64,000 nucleotides of DNA from assembly GCF_006345805.1 (NCBI RefSeq), contig NC_042999.1, forward strand, positions 141,794,001-141,858,000. Direction: 5' to 3'. A program made the translations under genes and the position numbers. This stretch comes from Octopus sinensis (Eukaryota). Position 1 is the first letter of the stretch, and each line of letters starts with the position of its first letter. The notes under the pieces are model-generated. The model worked only from the letters and a program-made list of their open reading frames with translations, made no database searches and had not been told where the DNA came from. This document shows, in pieces, positions 14,413 through 28,520 of the stretch.

Positions 14413-15866
14413 GAATCAAATGTGCTTCTATTCAGTTTATATTTAACTTTACTTCTACCGAGATTAAATAAGTTTTCAGTGATTGTTTTAGAAATGTCTT
14501 CACTGAAGTTATAATATTAATGTGCTGTATAGAATTGAATAGATACTTATCAATTCTTAGTTCCATTTTAAGCTTTACTTTTCATATATGTAAACTACTG
14601 AATATTAAGTGTTATTCAATGTATCGGAATTTATAGTTAGTATTTATGCTTAGTATCATAGCAAGTTGCTATGGTTTCTTTAGATAGAACTCTTATTTAT
14701 TTGTATATTTCCCAGACAAAACTATCAGTAACAATTTGACATCGTCTTTCATTAAATTCACTGATAAAATATTAAATCAGGAAATGTAAAAGGAATGAGC
14801 TCAGTACAAAGCTCATAAAAATAATATACCAGAATTATATTTTTGTTTAAAAGTTTTAGCTAAAATTTCAAAGTTATTCAGTTATATTATAATTAGATTA
14901 CTGGCTTATTTTAATACAATGAAATCCAAGATTCCAACAATAGTTTCAACTTCTTATCAGTAGTTGGTTAAAGTTTGGAATATTTTCTGCAAATTTCTAC
15001 TAATTTAGGATTAAAATAAAATGTTTGCTTTTGGCACTTTGTAGTTTTCTAATTTACTAACACAAACATAATTATAACAGATTTTTGTTATAGCGTTGCC
15101 ATAAATTATCTTTTTCACAGATTTAATCTCTCTTCACTATAAAGCTTGCAAATCTGTTGCTGCAGCTTCCTTGTTCTTTACCATCTGCATTCAGTGTTCT
15201 GCTCTCAGTTATCATTAAATTTTAGAAACACTTTACATCATTTCTAAAGGACTGAAATTCTTGATATTCATGCATGCTTCAAATGTATATTTTCTAGATA
15301 TGAACCTTTTTTTCTTTTTTTTTTTTTATTCTGCATGGTTCCCCCCCCTCTCTCTCTCTCTCTTTCTGTCTATCTCTCTCTCTCTCTCTCTCTCTCTATT
15401 CCTAATTAAACCTATGATATTGAAATTAAAATTTTCATGTGGAACAAAAGAGCTGTTTGACTGATTGGTAAAGAATCCCTTACTACTTGTTTCACTCATC
15501 TATACACTTCTCACTTGCAATACTCTGGACTAAGTACTTTAGCAGCTCCTTTGGAATTCTCTTCTTAACCAATTTTTATCCTACTAGATTCAGTTTGTAA
15601 AATTTAAAACGAACATTAGCTGCATTGCCACTTAAGCAGAGCTAAAGCTTTGTGGTAACTACTTCTATAAATGCATAAGTTTTGTGTGTGTATGTGTGCA
15701 CATCCCTATACATATCTGTATGTATATTTAAGCAGTATCCTTTTATATGGCTATTTGTTTGCTGGTTTATTAGAAGCCTTGTCTTTTTTTAATTCCAAAA
15801 TTTGTTGGATGTTTGATCAATCAGTTGTTTTTCCCAAAAGACAGTTCCAGTAAGTATAAAGTTTAA

Positions 15867-16087
15867 CCTTTTAGCATTTAAACCAGCCATATCCAACCCA
15901 CATACTCTACCTGTCTTGTGTTTGAACTGGCCAGATCTGGCCTCTCACATCTAACCTACAATGACATTCTAAAAATAAACAATCACATCATAGCAATGTC
16001 AAGCTATGAGATGGTACATGATTGATTTCAAAACAATGTGAATAAATAAACATTACATTAGACAGAGTAATCTGAATGCTAAAAGGG
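15867..16087. mobile_element. piggyBac-type MITE, family 1
   Basis: TTAA|cctttagcatt ... aatgctaaaaggg|TTAA; related copies near 4072-4268 and 8596-8814. Confidence 0.75.
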
Positions 16088-18339
16088 TTAAAGAAATATG
16101 TTTATATTTTGTATTAATGAGAATAAGAAAATATGATGATTGTATGCCTGCTCAGATTTAGTGAATTTGCTGTCTTATCTTCAATTTGGACTTTGTAGGG
16201 AGTAGCAAAGTATCTCCTCTATAGTAAAGCACCTGTCTCTATCCTTCTGTTACACTTTAACAGCTCAGCCAGCACAAAGCTACGTCCCTCAGTTCCACTC
16301 CCTCTCCCAGCCAAGTGGTCTTTGTTTTGCAAATTACTTGACTATCTATCTGGTGTTGGTGTCATAAAACACACACCAGTGCTGGTGCCACATAAAAAAA
16401 CACCCAGTACACTCTGTAAAGTGATTGATGTTGCATTCACTTGTTCACTGAAAATATTTGTGACAAATATTTATCTTTAGTGTATAGAGTGTGTGTGAGG
16501 TGGGGGTGTCTTAGCCAAGAGCAAGCTAGCAGTCATTGACCTGCAGAAGACCTTTGGTAGGGTATAATTCCACCCCATATTAAACACAATGTAAAGATAA
16601 GCTACCACTGCATGCAAAACATGTCCTTTGTCATTAAGAGTCACAATGTGAACAAAAGAAGCTGACATGCTATTGTTTAAAATATGGAAGTCTTCTTCCT
16701 GAAAGGTAATTGTTTCAGAAAAATCATTCTATAGAATACTGATACCTCTACTAACACCACCCTAGTCAACAATAATACACTATAGTTCAATAGTTGTCTG
16801 TACCTGCACCCACAGCACATATCAATGACACTATGGAAAAATATCAGCTCTTCCTAAATATAATTTCCCAGAAAAACACTTGTAAATAGATACAGCAAAG
16901 AAATAGCGTTTCAATAAACTACTCTCTGCCTCAATGATAGCTCTGCAACCACAGAAGCAGTTGCATTCTAGAGCAAAGTGATTCTATCCATGCCCACAGA
17001 AGCAACTCCCAAGTCCCTGGCATCAAAGAGCTGTCCCTTCCTCCCATACTTGAACCTTTGATGCAACATTCCAAGGGATCACATGGTCACATTCATCTCT
17101 GAAGTTTTGCTTAGCATGAACTGTTGGTTAGAGTTTGTCATCTGGTTATCTAGAGCTGTTTGACACTGGCCTTCATTGATCCTCCAGTATTATTGTTGAT
17201 ATCTTAACTACCAAAGATGTTTTTCTCTTGGTCATGGCTGACACATCTCCTACCAGAGGCCTCCAACCCTTTTCTATTCCTCAACAAGAAGGACCTGACC
17301 TTATTCAAGAAGACCATACACAATAATCGGCAGTTAATGGCACTAGCATAGCATGCCATTTTTCTTTCTTGTATCATAATGGAAACTGCTATGTTTGATA
17401 CTGTTGGTATGTCTGAGAACCGAAAAAGTTACAATTTGGTGCATGTTGCATAACATTTTTAGGTCATCTATTTATGACCCACTAAAATTTGTTCACCCTG
17501 TATATATTATACACACATGTGTGTTTGTAAATGGTTATGTAACCAAGAGATTAGTGTATAGTCTTGTGATTAGGTTGTTAAGCTCTTGATTGTAAGGTTG
17601 TGGCTTTGATTCCTAAATCAAGTAGTGCATTATATCCTTGACTAAGGCACTTTATTTCATACTGTAGTGGTTCATTATCCTTCCAGCTATCAAATCCTTT
17701 AATGTTTCGCTAGGTCAATGGTGGAAGTTTCAAGATGCAGTCCATGTCTGCTCACAACTATAAGGACACCTAAAACAATCATCAAAAACATGGCACAAGC
17801 TATCTTGACCATAAGCATGACTAAGATGTTAAGAACTTCTAAATTCCACTGTACTGTATTCTAAGCTGTAGTTTTCTTGCTTAGCCTCAGATATTGTTTT
17901 CTCTCCACTTACATTTATTTCCTGCAGATGTTAAAATTGGGCATTGGCTACATTAATGCTCTCAGTCTGGGTACCTTGTAAAAAGGTTACGTACTGTGTT
18001 CTTGCCTCGCAATGTATCGTCTATTTCCTGTCTCTAACAATCTCTCACTCTTCCATACACCCTTGCGACCTCTAACCACCTACACTTCCTGTTCTCTCTC
18101 CATTCATCGCATCTCGAAAGTCCACTCTGACACCTCATCACTATTTTTATCTCTTTCCAGCCCCACTCTGGTTATTCCCTTTCTTCCATAATATGAGTAA
18201 CCATTTAGCTCTTTTACTCCTCTACAGAAGGAGCCAGTTCTGTTCTGGTCCTTTCTTCCACACTTTAATTCCTCTCTCCTGTCTATAAAGCTGTATTGTA
18301 GCCCCCACTTGGATCTTAGTTTTGCAGACTGCATGCCAA

Positions 18340-18540
18340 CCTCACTAATGCTGGTGCCATGAAAATAGCAACCAATAAGCACTGTAAAATGGTTGGCATT
18401 AAGAAGGGCATTTGACCATAAAAACCATGATAAAACAGGCATTGGGGCATGCATAGTCTTCAGACCCATCAGATCCTGTGAAACTGTCCAACCCATGTCA
18501 GCACAATACAGATATTAAATGGTAATGATGGGATGGTAAT
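18340..18540 (+). mobile_element. Degenerate RTE-type 3'-end fragment
   Basis: ggttggcattaagaagggcat...ctgtccaacccatgtcagca. Confidence 0.6.
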
Positions 18541-19402
18541 GTTGTTTATTTCATTTTACATTTATTTTTCCATGCTTGCATGTGTGTGATGAGTTTTCTT
18601 CAGCACAGTGTCTTGCTGTTTATCCATTATCATCTTTATGAGGTTTATCCTCCTCTGCTCAGTCTTAATCACTTCTCATATCATCTTGTTCCACAGAGTC
18701 CTATTTGGATTGAGATTCTTTATTTGACTATCATCTTTCATATGCATCTATACAGAAACAGTTTCTTGAAAACTGCAGTTGATTATACTCAGTTCATTTT
18801 GCTCCAACTTTCATATGCACTAATATTACATATCCTGCAGAGCCTGTTCACTTCATCTGGTCTTTCTTTTGCACATCAAGGACCATGTTTCTCCCCCATG
18901 CATTATTGTACTTTGTACACGAACATCATACAATCTATTCTTCACAAAAATTAGTACAATCAACATCTGCACTCCTTAAGATTCAGGATTGGGTAAATTC
19001 AATGTTTTATGCAGAAGCTTAGATAACAAGGGTATGACTGCTTGACTATTAACTGAGAATATTCTTATCAGAATAACTGCATATTTTGAAACAGCTAGAG
19101 AAAAATCAAGGAGTAAACTCCCTTGCTAATGAAAAGTTAGCCGAGTTGTCCCCCTTACATTCTAGCAGTGATTTTAGGGCATCAACTTCAAACAATTTCT
19201 ATATGACTACTTTATCAGTGGGAAGGTGCCTTATTAACAACTGACCTTTTGAAATCACATGCAGGTAAAACTTCATTCAAGGCGGACAACTGAATAATTA
19301 CATGTCTTTTCATGTTTAATAAACTTCAAGTAATGGACATTTGAGTGAACATTAGCTCACATACAAACTTAGGCTATACAATGTATTGAGTGGTCTCTTG
19401 AT

Positions 19403-19415
19403 TGTGTGTGTGTGT

Positions 19416-19467
<52 letters not shown>

Positions 19468-19480
19468 TGCATGCATGCAT
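19403..19480. repeat. Compound (TG)/(TA)/(TGCA) microsatellite
   Basis: Visible run. Confidence 0.85.
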
Positions 19481-21362
19481 GACAGGCTTCTTTCAGTTTC
19501 TGCTAACAGAGCTGCTCAAAAGAGACCACCTGAAACCAAATAATTGGGGAAGTTTTCATTTTTAATTAAAGAGTCATAATATTCATTTTTACTGTTCATT
19601 GCAAGTTGAGAAAATGGTTCAAAAAGGCCACCTAAAAACCTGACGACAGGACATGTGTATGCACACACACTATCACTCATTCTGTCTCCTCTCTGGTGTG
19701 ATATACTGGAATAAAATGCACGACATTTCTTTTTGAAAGAATTCCTTGTAGCTCAGGATATGTAAACATGTGCTTCAATAAGTTTAGAACACTATATGTT
19801 AAAAGAAACAGCAGATAAGGATATAGACAGGGTTAACAATTGGAATGTGGTTAACAATTGTAAGTATTCAATAAATTAGCTAGAAATTTTTGTAACTGGT
19901 AGAATTAAATACTAATTTCTGTGAATGTACCTCTGAAATGATGAATGACTTGAATTGTAAGGTACCATCAGTCAAATTTTTCTTCCAGAAATTTTGATCC
20001 CATTATTATCTGTAATGTTTCTTAATCATTTCAGTAACTATTGTTGTTAGAAGGCTTAGTATCTACTTTATAAGGAAAAGTTGAATGAATTAATCAGTTG
20101 TGTAATTCATATCAGTTGAGCATTTTACCAGATTTATTATGTTAAGCTCTCACCCAATTTGCTCAAATAAATCATACCTAACACAGAAACAGCTACTGAT
20201 TGAACCCAACATTCAGCTGTAACCGTTCTCTCTTTACTGTTGTCCATTTTGAAGTTAGTAGCTGCATTATCTGAATAATTATGAAAATATCTCCTTGTTG
20301 ACTCAATGTGTGTGTGTTTCTTGCTTTGAATTAGCTTAAGCTATTTTTATTGTGCTTTGCTAAAATGTTAGACTTCAGTGAATGAAGTTCATATATTTTA
20401 AGATTGACTTATTTTAATGGAACTCAAATAACCATCCATTGAAAATGGCTTGGAACATATCTCTTAATTATGGGCAGTACCTTAGTAAATTTCATATCTG
20501 AATACAGATTCTTAATGAATAAAATTTAGAATTTAAAAATAGAGTTTTCTTTATTATTGCAATTTCACCTTTATTGAGATGTATGTCAAATTCAGTAAAA
20601 TGCATGATCCATTCTCTCTCTATTATATCAATTAATTAGAAATGTTCTGTGTGTGTAGTGTCAATAAGTACAGTAATTTATTCTGTTATCAAACACATCC
20701 CCTCGGTTTAGCCTAAAATATTTAAACAGCTTGAGTGCATGTTTTCCTCATTATGTTTGGTTGAATGCTATCTTTTTGTTGATTAAATCTAAAATTTTAA
20801 TGGGCAAGAATACCCAGTAATTATGATTGAAATGGAAGTCTCTTTATAAAGTCTTGACTGTAAGTATGAGTGTACCTTTTAGCAAGTCTGTAATCAATCA
20901 AACATCTCTTCATTTTCCCTTGTTTTCCTACATTAAAATGGGTTTTTTTTTGTTAAGTCCAAAGATTTGATGGGCCAAAAATACAGAATAACTATGATTT
21001 GGCTTTAGGGGATAATAAAAGTATTAAGACATTCTAAACGGAGTATGTACTTAATATATTGTGATATAGGGGCTAAAATTTCATAGTATGCTTGATTTCA
21101 TCACATTTTAAATATTTTTTTAAGAATTCTTCTGGAACCTGGAGTTCAAAAATTTTTTTTAATTAGTAAATTGATGTTATCTGAGCAAACCATTCTTTCA
21201 TGCTAAAGTATACTATTAATGGAAAGATTTAATGTTCCCAGATATTTTGCTTTGATACTTGATGCAATTTAATGTTGTGACTTTATCATGTTAGTCTTTG
21301 TAATTTTGTTGCTTTCTGCTAACAGACAAGCTTTTTTTATATCTTATTTTTTCATGATTTAG

Positions 21363-21626
<264 letters not shown>

Positions 21627-22863
21627 TGACTCTACAACTTACCACCATCTTTTAAAAAAATATTAGGTTACTTCTCATTCTTCATGCAAAGCATTCACTT
21701 CTAGAATTTTTTTCTCTAAAATTATCTGTCTATTTTCTTAATCCACCATCATTCACATAACTAGCATGTTAACTAAACTCTTTTTCAACGTGTTGCTCTC
21801 TAAATTTATTTCATTTCTAAACTTAATTACTATTGAATTGTTAGATCTGTGCCCATAGTATTTTCTGATGTTGGTACCATATCTTACATTCAATCAAAAT
21901 TTCCCAAAGAATTGCATCTCAGACTCTGCTTATTCACCATAGTAGCATGTGTACTTTATTCTAAACTCATTTAAGCAAAGTAGAACCCTTCCTTTTTTTA
22001 ATTTTTAGTTTATCCAATGAAGTGGAGTCCTGTGTTTGCCATTACAGCCTCTCCTTGATTAATAGACAGAAATAAGTGTTGTAAATATAAAAGGCAATAG
22101 AAGTAGAAATAAAATTTAAGATAATTTCACTAAACATCTCTGATTTTAACTTTTTCTCGGATTATTGAATCTTATCTAAACTGTCAACCATGTTCTAATA
22201 TCTCATCAGATGTCTATACCATTATAGTCTTCTCTCTTACATACATTCATTTCCAGTCACTTCATCCATTTTCTGTTACTACAAATCATTCTTCCATCTT
22301 CTAAATGCTACATATTTTCTCTTTTCACTTCATTTCATATTCCATTGTTTCACCCTAATTCATCATCTTTGCTTTAATTTTTTGTTTTTCCCTCAATTAT
22401 GTGTTGATGGAGTTTACTGTTCCTAATCTCTCTCTCTTCATTAAATTCACATCAGTTATTCTTTCAGGGGTTTTCCTTCAGCTGTAAATTAATTCAAGTT
22501 TTTGTTTTTCACTCAGCATGCATCATCCATTCTTATTAGATATCCTAATTACATAGTTTCTTCTCTTGCACATTTCTGTCACTGTTTTTATTAAAAGAAT
22601 TTCTTTTCAGTTGTACCATATTACATACATTATTACTTAATTACATCACAGTTGTAGTTATTACCAATCAGATCAATCACTTATGTAACAAAATTTCCAT
22701 ATTTTATGAAGTGATCAAAGCTTTGCATAGACAGCTTTAAATTGTTATTCTATATAACACCAGTCTTGGACTATTTTAGCTCTTCTCTAACTTTATTCTA
22801 ATGCCCCATTCTTAAACCAATTTGTTGTTCTATTATTATTTCTAATTGTTTTCCCCATCATAG

Positions 22864-22903
22864 ATAAAACGAGTGAAAGATGCTGATGAAGTCCCTATGG
22901 TGT
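22864..22903 (+). CDS. Ras: Ras exon 4 (IKRVKDADEVPMV-L, residues 100-113)
   Basis: ccccatcatag acceptor, T|gtaagt donor, 40 nt. Not in the ORF track, but a clear Ras motif with matching phases. Confidence 0.95.
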
Positions 22904-22948
22904 GTAAGTACCATTTTAATTTTTTTCTAATAGAAAATATTTAATGTA

Positions 22949-23090
22949 TTGGCGTTAGGAAGGATATCCAGCTGTAGAAACACTGCCAAATCAGACTGGG
23001 CCTGGCGCAGCCTACTGGCTCCCCAGACCCCAGTTGAACCGTCCAACCCATGCTAGCATGGAAAACGAACATTAAACAATGATGATGATG
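22949..23090 (+). mobile_element. Short RTE 3'-end insertion about 45 nt downstream of Ras exon 4
   Basis: ttggcgttaggaagg...ccatgctagcatggaaaacg...gatgatgatg. Confidence 0.85.
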
Positions 23091-23712
23091 TAGCAATTCA
23101 GAATTTCAGAACTATTAGCTTTTTTGCCCAGCAAGTAATTACATATTAATATATTTGTTACAATTTTAATTAAAGCCCCTTTTCTAATGACAATGACATC
23201 TAGACAATGCAACTTGTATGTGCTTACTGTATCTACAGAAAAGTCTATTAATTGACTTTATTATCATGAACTTGCTTCCACACACGTGTATGTGTCAAAT
23301 TGAAGAACTATAAGTAATTTCCTTGTGTAAAAGTGGCACCTTCAGTGTAGAAGCATCAGTTAGATTTGTCTCAAAACTATTAGCCTACAAAGGTTCAAAC
23401 ACACTATCTGCACTTAACCCAGTGTTTATTGTGGCAATGGACTGTAAGGATTGAAAAGGGGCAGACAACTTGCCATATTTAATAAAATGAAGTTGAGATT
23501 TAACTTCCTAAATTTATCCAACACCATTGTGAAGAATGAATTATTAGGAGGTAAAGTTAACTTAACCCTATCTGCTAGTCTAAGAGAAATGCAGAAGCTA
23601 CTTATTCTACACCTTCCCTATTCACTAGCTTATTTAGAATCTGGCCAAAGATGATTTTTGTCTATGAAATACATGTTGCTGAATATTTTTTAAAGTAAAT
23701 GAATATATACCA

Positions 23713-25272
23713 ATAAGGGCTGTACAGGCCCTATACAGAGAGGCTGTTAGTAAGGTGAGGATTGGCAACGAGTATAGTGAAGAATTCCGGGTAGAAGTAG
23801 GGGTCCACCAAGGTTCAGCCCTTAGTCCCCTTCTATTCATCATAGTCCTCCAGGCAATAACAGAGGAATTCAAGACGGGTTGCCCCTGGGAGCTCCTCTA
23901 TCCTGATGACCTGGCCCTCATAGCAGAATCACTACCGGAACTAGAAAAGAAATTTTGGGTGTGGAAGCTAGGTTTATAATCAAAAAGCCTTAGAGTCAAT
24001 GTAGCAGAGACTAAAGTTATAGTAAGCAGAAAGGCGAACTTATCACACATCCCCTCAGGCAGGTGGCCCTGCTCAATCTGTAGAAAAGGTGTAGGTAGAA
24101 ACTCCCTAAGATGTACCCAGTGTAAGCTATGGATGCAGAAGAGGTGCAACAATATCAAAGGAAAATTAACCGAGAAGATAGCTTTCATGTGTGGCAGATG
24201 CACAGGGGCAATAGACACCACAGATACTCAGAAAACAGATTCCATCACACTCCAGGGGAAGAAACTAGAAGTAGTTGATAGTTTCTGCTACCTAGGTGAC
24301 CAAGTTAGTAGTGGAGGTGGATGCTCAGAGAGTGTCACCACAGAAAGCCCCTACCCCTACTGGTGACAAAGGGTCTCTCGCTCAGAGTGAGAGGTAGATT
24401 GTACAATGCATGTGTGCGAACTGCCATGCTTCACGGTAGTAACTGCAGAGGACATGCGTAGGCTTAAAAGAAATAAAGCTAGCATGATCCGCTGGATGTG
24501 TAATGTCAGTGTGCGCGTACGACAGTGTAAGCGCCCTAAGAGAAATGCTGGACATAAGAAGCATCAGATTTGGTGTGCAAGAGAGACGTTTGTGCTGGTA
24601 TGGTCATGTACTGTGGATGGATGAGGAGAGATGTGTGAAGAAGTGCCACTCCCAAACAGTTGAAGGTATCTGGGGGAGAGGTAGACCCAGGAAGACATGC
24701 AATGAGGTGGTCAAGCATGACCTTCGAACAGAGGCAATGACGAAAGACCGAGATCTGTGGAGATATGCTGTGACTGCAAAGACCCGACAAATAATGTGAG
24801 TTCATGGCTGCTTCCTGCACCAGTTTTGCATAGCCCCAGCCCATCCAAAGTACCTTGGATTGCAGAACGACCTGCTGTGCTTACCTTGGATCGTAGGGTG
24901 ACCTGCTGTGCTTGAGGAGACCTATTGAGTCAAGTACATCAACATCAAAATAAATATCAAATGGAAATTGTAGTTGTGATACCTGTGCCAGTGGCACATA
25001 AAAAGCACCATCTGAACGTGGCCGATGCCAGTGCCACCTTGACTGGCTTCTGTACCGGTGGCACGTAAAAAGCACCAACCGATCGTAGCTGCTGCCAGCC
25101 TACCCTGGCACATAAAAAGCACTCACGGAGCGGTTGGTATTAGGAAAGGCATCCAGCTGTAGAAACACTGCCAGATCAGACTGGAGCCTGGTGCAGCCTC
25201 CTGACTTCCCAAACCCCGGTCGAACCGTCCAACCCATGCTAGCACGGAAAACGGACGTTAAACAATGATGAT
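23713..25272 (+). mobile_element. Degenerate 5'-truncated RTE LINE (same family), frameshifted
   Basis: GVHQGSALSPLLF, LYPDD, Cys-rich finger remnant, family 3' end with GAT tail. Confidence 0.92.
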
Positions 25273-25559
25273 AAGACCTTAACAAAAGGGAACCTATACA
25301 GCTGGCAGAAATTGAACCACTGAGAGAAGTATGCTAGTGAGTCAGTCTTCTAAGCAACAATAAAACTATATACAGGCATACCTTGGCTTAAATCATTTCG
25401 ATTAAGTCGTTCTCGATTATACATTGGTTTTCAAAAATGATATATGGAAAATCAAAATCAAGTTGTCATTTTACTCAACTTTATATCTGTCCGCCACAAA
25501 TATTGGAATCGTAAAATCACTTGAAATCTGTTAAAAACACATAAAATCATGTTACTGTA

Positions 25560-25718
25560 CATCATCATTGTTTAATGTCCACTTTCCATGCTGGCATGGG
25601 TTTGGACGGTTTGACTGAGACCTGGCAAGCCAGAAGGCTGTACCAGGCTCCAATCTAATCTGGATCAATCATGATGCCATCAATCACACTTAAATGGTGC
25701 TTTTTACATGCCACTGTA
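25560..25718 (-). mobile_element. Short RTE 3'-end insertion, antisense
   Basis: catcatcattgtttaatgtccactttccatgctggcatggg, the reverse complement of the family tail. Confidence 0.85.
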
Positions 25719-26229
25719 CAATAAATAAGGATAAAAGCATATAAAATCATATTAAAATATGTACAGTAAATGTTATGATGCACACCATAAAGTAGTTTAG
25801 CTTAGTGAATGAAATCACGAAATCACCAAATTGTATGTACGTATTGGTAAATTTAAAATAATTAAGTTCTTTTTACTATTGTGAAATAATAATCACTGAA
25901 TTGGGGGTTTTTTAAGCTTAAAAGAGGCTTTTATTTTACCATGTCTTATTGCAAACCGCATTCATAAATAAAGCATCTGCGATATACAGTAAACACCACC
26001 AAATTGTATTCATTAATTTAGATTACTTTTTTTTTTCTGTACTGTATTAAACAATTAAAGTTATTTGTTTGTAAGCATAAAATAGGTATTTATTAACCAT
26101 GTATTATTAAAAATGCATTCCTAAATAAAGTGCAGAACTGGGAATGGTTATTATCAGTTTAGCCTAGAGACAAGTAAATTCGGCCTAGACTAGCCTAGAG
26201 ACAAGTTAATTTGACTTTAGTCGTGTCTC

Positions 26230-27080
26230 CTGGAACCAATTAACGACATAGGGTGAGGTGTACCTGTAGTTGGCTTGTCCCAACATCTTCACATGGGTGT
26301 TGTTGTTTTGCATGGTGTCTCATATCTCCAATCAAAATCTTATTGATGTTTGTTTCACCAGCTTCATGGATTGCTCCATATCCCTTCAGGATCAAGGTAT
26401 CCTTTGTCTTGTCAGAATAGCTAACATTCTGGGTATATATTGGAGGTGAAGGTCATGATATCTTCAATGCAGATTAGCTGCTGTCCTACCATGATCCAGT
26501 TTGTTTGCATATGTCAACTACTCTCTGCTTAGGTGATAGAATCCAGGCAGTAGTTCAGTGCAGTCACCAACAAAGTCCCCACCAAAGTGATAGGGACCTG
26601 GTTAGGTTCCCTTGATATTGAAGTTTTCTTTCACTGATTTATAATGGTTTTCTTAATTTTCATCTTGAAATGGTAGGTGTTGCAACAGTTATTTGTGTTC
26701 CTGATACAATGGTGCATTCACACTCAAAATCTAGAGTTTATAGTATCAGATATAATATGCATAGTTTCATGTAGTTAAGTGTTGATTTTATTTGTATAGG
26801 CACTGCATGTCCATACTGGATCACCTAATTCAGCTATACTTTAACATAAGACCAGTATAGATGTTCTTAGCACTGTTTGCAATGCTTCCCAATATGTTTC
26901 AGCTAACTTTATGATCAGTTTGTTTCTCTTTTGTAAATTTCTGCTGTTATCCAGATGTCTGAAAGTTAAGGTTCTGTCAAGTGCTCCTCCAAGGCATTTA
27001 AAGTATTTCACTGGATGGAGTTGTTTGTTATTGAGTTGTATTTGCAAGGCTTGGTTTGCTGACTACAGGCTGCTTCATCT
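26230..27080 (-). mobile_element. Degenerate I/Jockey-group LINE 3' RT remnant
   Basis: LGGALDRTLTF...RNKLIIKLAETYWEA...LRTSILVLC resembles the LGVTLDRTLTF...KLAGTxWGA...LRTS motif. Confidence 0.6.
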
Positions 27081-27448
27081 AAAATGTTTAGTGAACTAAT
27101 ATATTAAGCTATTGAAAGTTTTCAGAAATCTGACTATGAAAAACAAACTCGATGCCCATCAGCCCTTTAATATTAATAGCTTCATTATTTTCGTCAAAAT
27201 ATACAAATTCTAAATGTTTTCTGATATTTGAATTCATGTCAAACTAAATTACAACTTTATCATGTCTTTTTAGAGAATTATTATTGCTAAGATTTAAATG
27301 TTGATCTCTAAATGTATCATTTTTGTAACTTCCCTTTCATTAACACAAGTGATTACTCATTGAGAACTACTTCAGTTAAAACGAAGTTGTTGCCCTTGAC
27401 TTTGTTGGTGTAAGAATGTTCTAGCAAAGCAGTTGTATTATAGGTTCT

Positions 27449-28520
27449 GTAATAATAATAATAATAATAAACATTGTGTACAGTGCTCAGGTGTAGTTTC
27501 GACGGATTTCGGGAAGCATGAGGGCCTTAAAGGATGCAGTGTCATGGCAGTCAACAACTGACGCAGGCAGTCTATTCCACGCTTCAGCAACTCTGAGCGT
27601 GAAAAAATGTTTCCGAAAGTCATGGGAGCTGTGTTGTTTTCTGACTTTGTAGGCATGTCCACGTGTGTTAGACACATGGAGATCAAAAAGTGTTCAGTGT
27701 TGTTATTGGTGAGGTGGTTGACAACTTTGTGGGCGTTTACCAAGTCCGTCGCCAGACACCGGAGCTTCAGTGAATCCATGCCCAGGGAAACAAGGCGCTC
27801 AGAATATGGTAGGTGTCTGATGGAGGGTATGCGTTTGGTTGCACGTCTCTGAACAGATTCCAGGAGGTGAATGTTCTGAGCAAGATAGGGGTTCCAAACT
27901 GATGATGCGAATTCCAAGTGTGGTCATACCATAGCTGTATACAGTTTTAAATAGATGGCTGGAGAGCGGCTAACAAAAGTCTTGCTGAGTGATGCCAAGA
28001 CACCCTCGGCCTTCTTGACAATTTTAGAGATATGCTTTGTCCAACGCAAATCACTGCTGACAGTGATGCCTAGGTCACGCTCGCAAAAGGATTTCTTGAT
28101 ATCAGTGTTGTGGAGGGAGTATGTGGACGCAGGGTTTTTTCTCCCAAAATGCATGGTGGTACACTTGTCCACAGCCAGTTTCAGTTGCCAGTCTGTGATC
28201 CATTGCTGCATTGTGTCCAGGTCTGATTGCAGGAAAGAGCTGTAGACAACAGGATCTGTCCTCTTGATTTCAAGGTACAGCTTGATGTCGTCTGCATATT
28301 TTAATACTGTGGCATTCTTTAAATTTGCATCTATGTCATTAATGTATGCCACAAACAAGAGGGGACCAAGAACAGATCCCTGTGGTACACCCGATGACAT
28401 CTCATATGGTGTAGAATGCTGTCCTAGAACTGTGACTACCTCCTTTCGGTTGAGAATGAACGATTTCAACCAGTTAAAAAGGTCATCCCTCACACCCATT
28501 GCAGAGAGTTTCATACAAGT
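27449..28520 (-). mobile_element. 5'-truncated CR1/L2-group LINE with RT remnant and (TTA)n tail
   Basis: SGVPQGSVLGPLLF, KYADD, ERDLGI, WNPY, LESVQRRATK across two frames; (taa)n at about 27450-27470. Confidence 0.92.
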
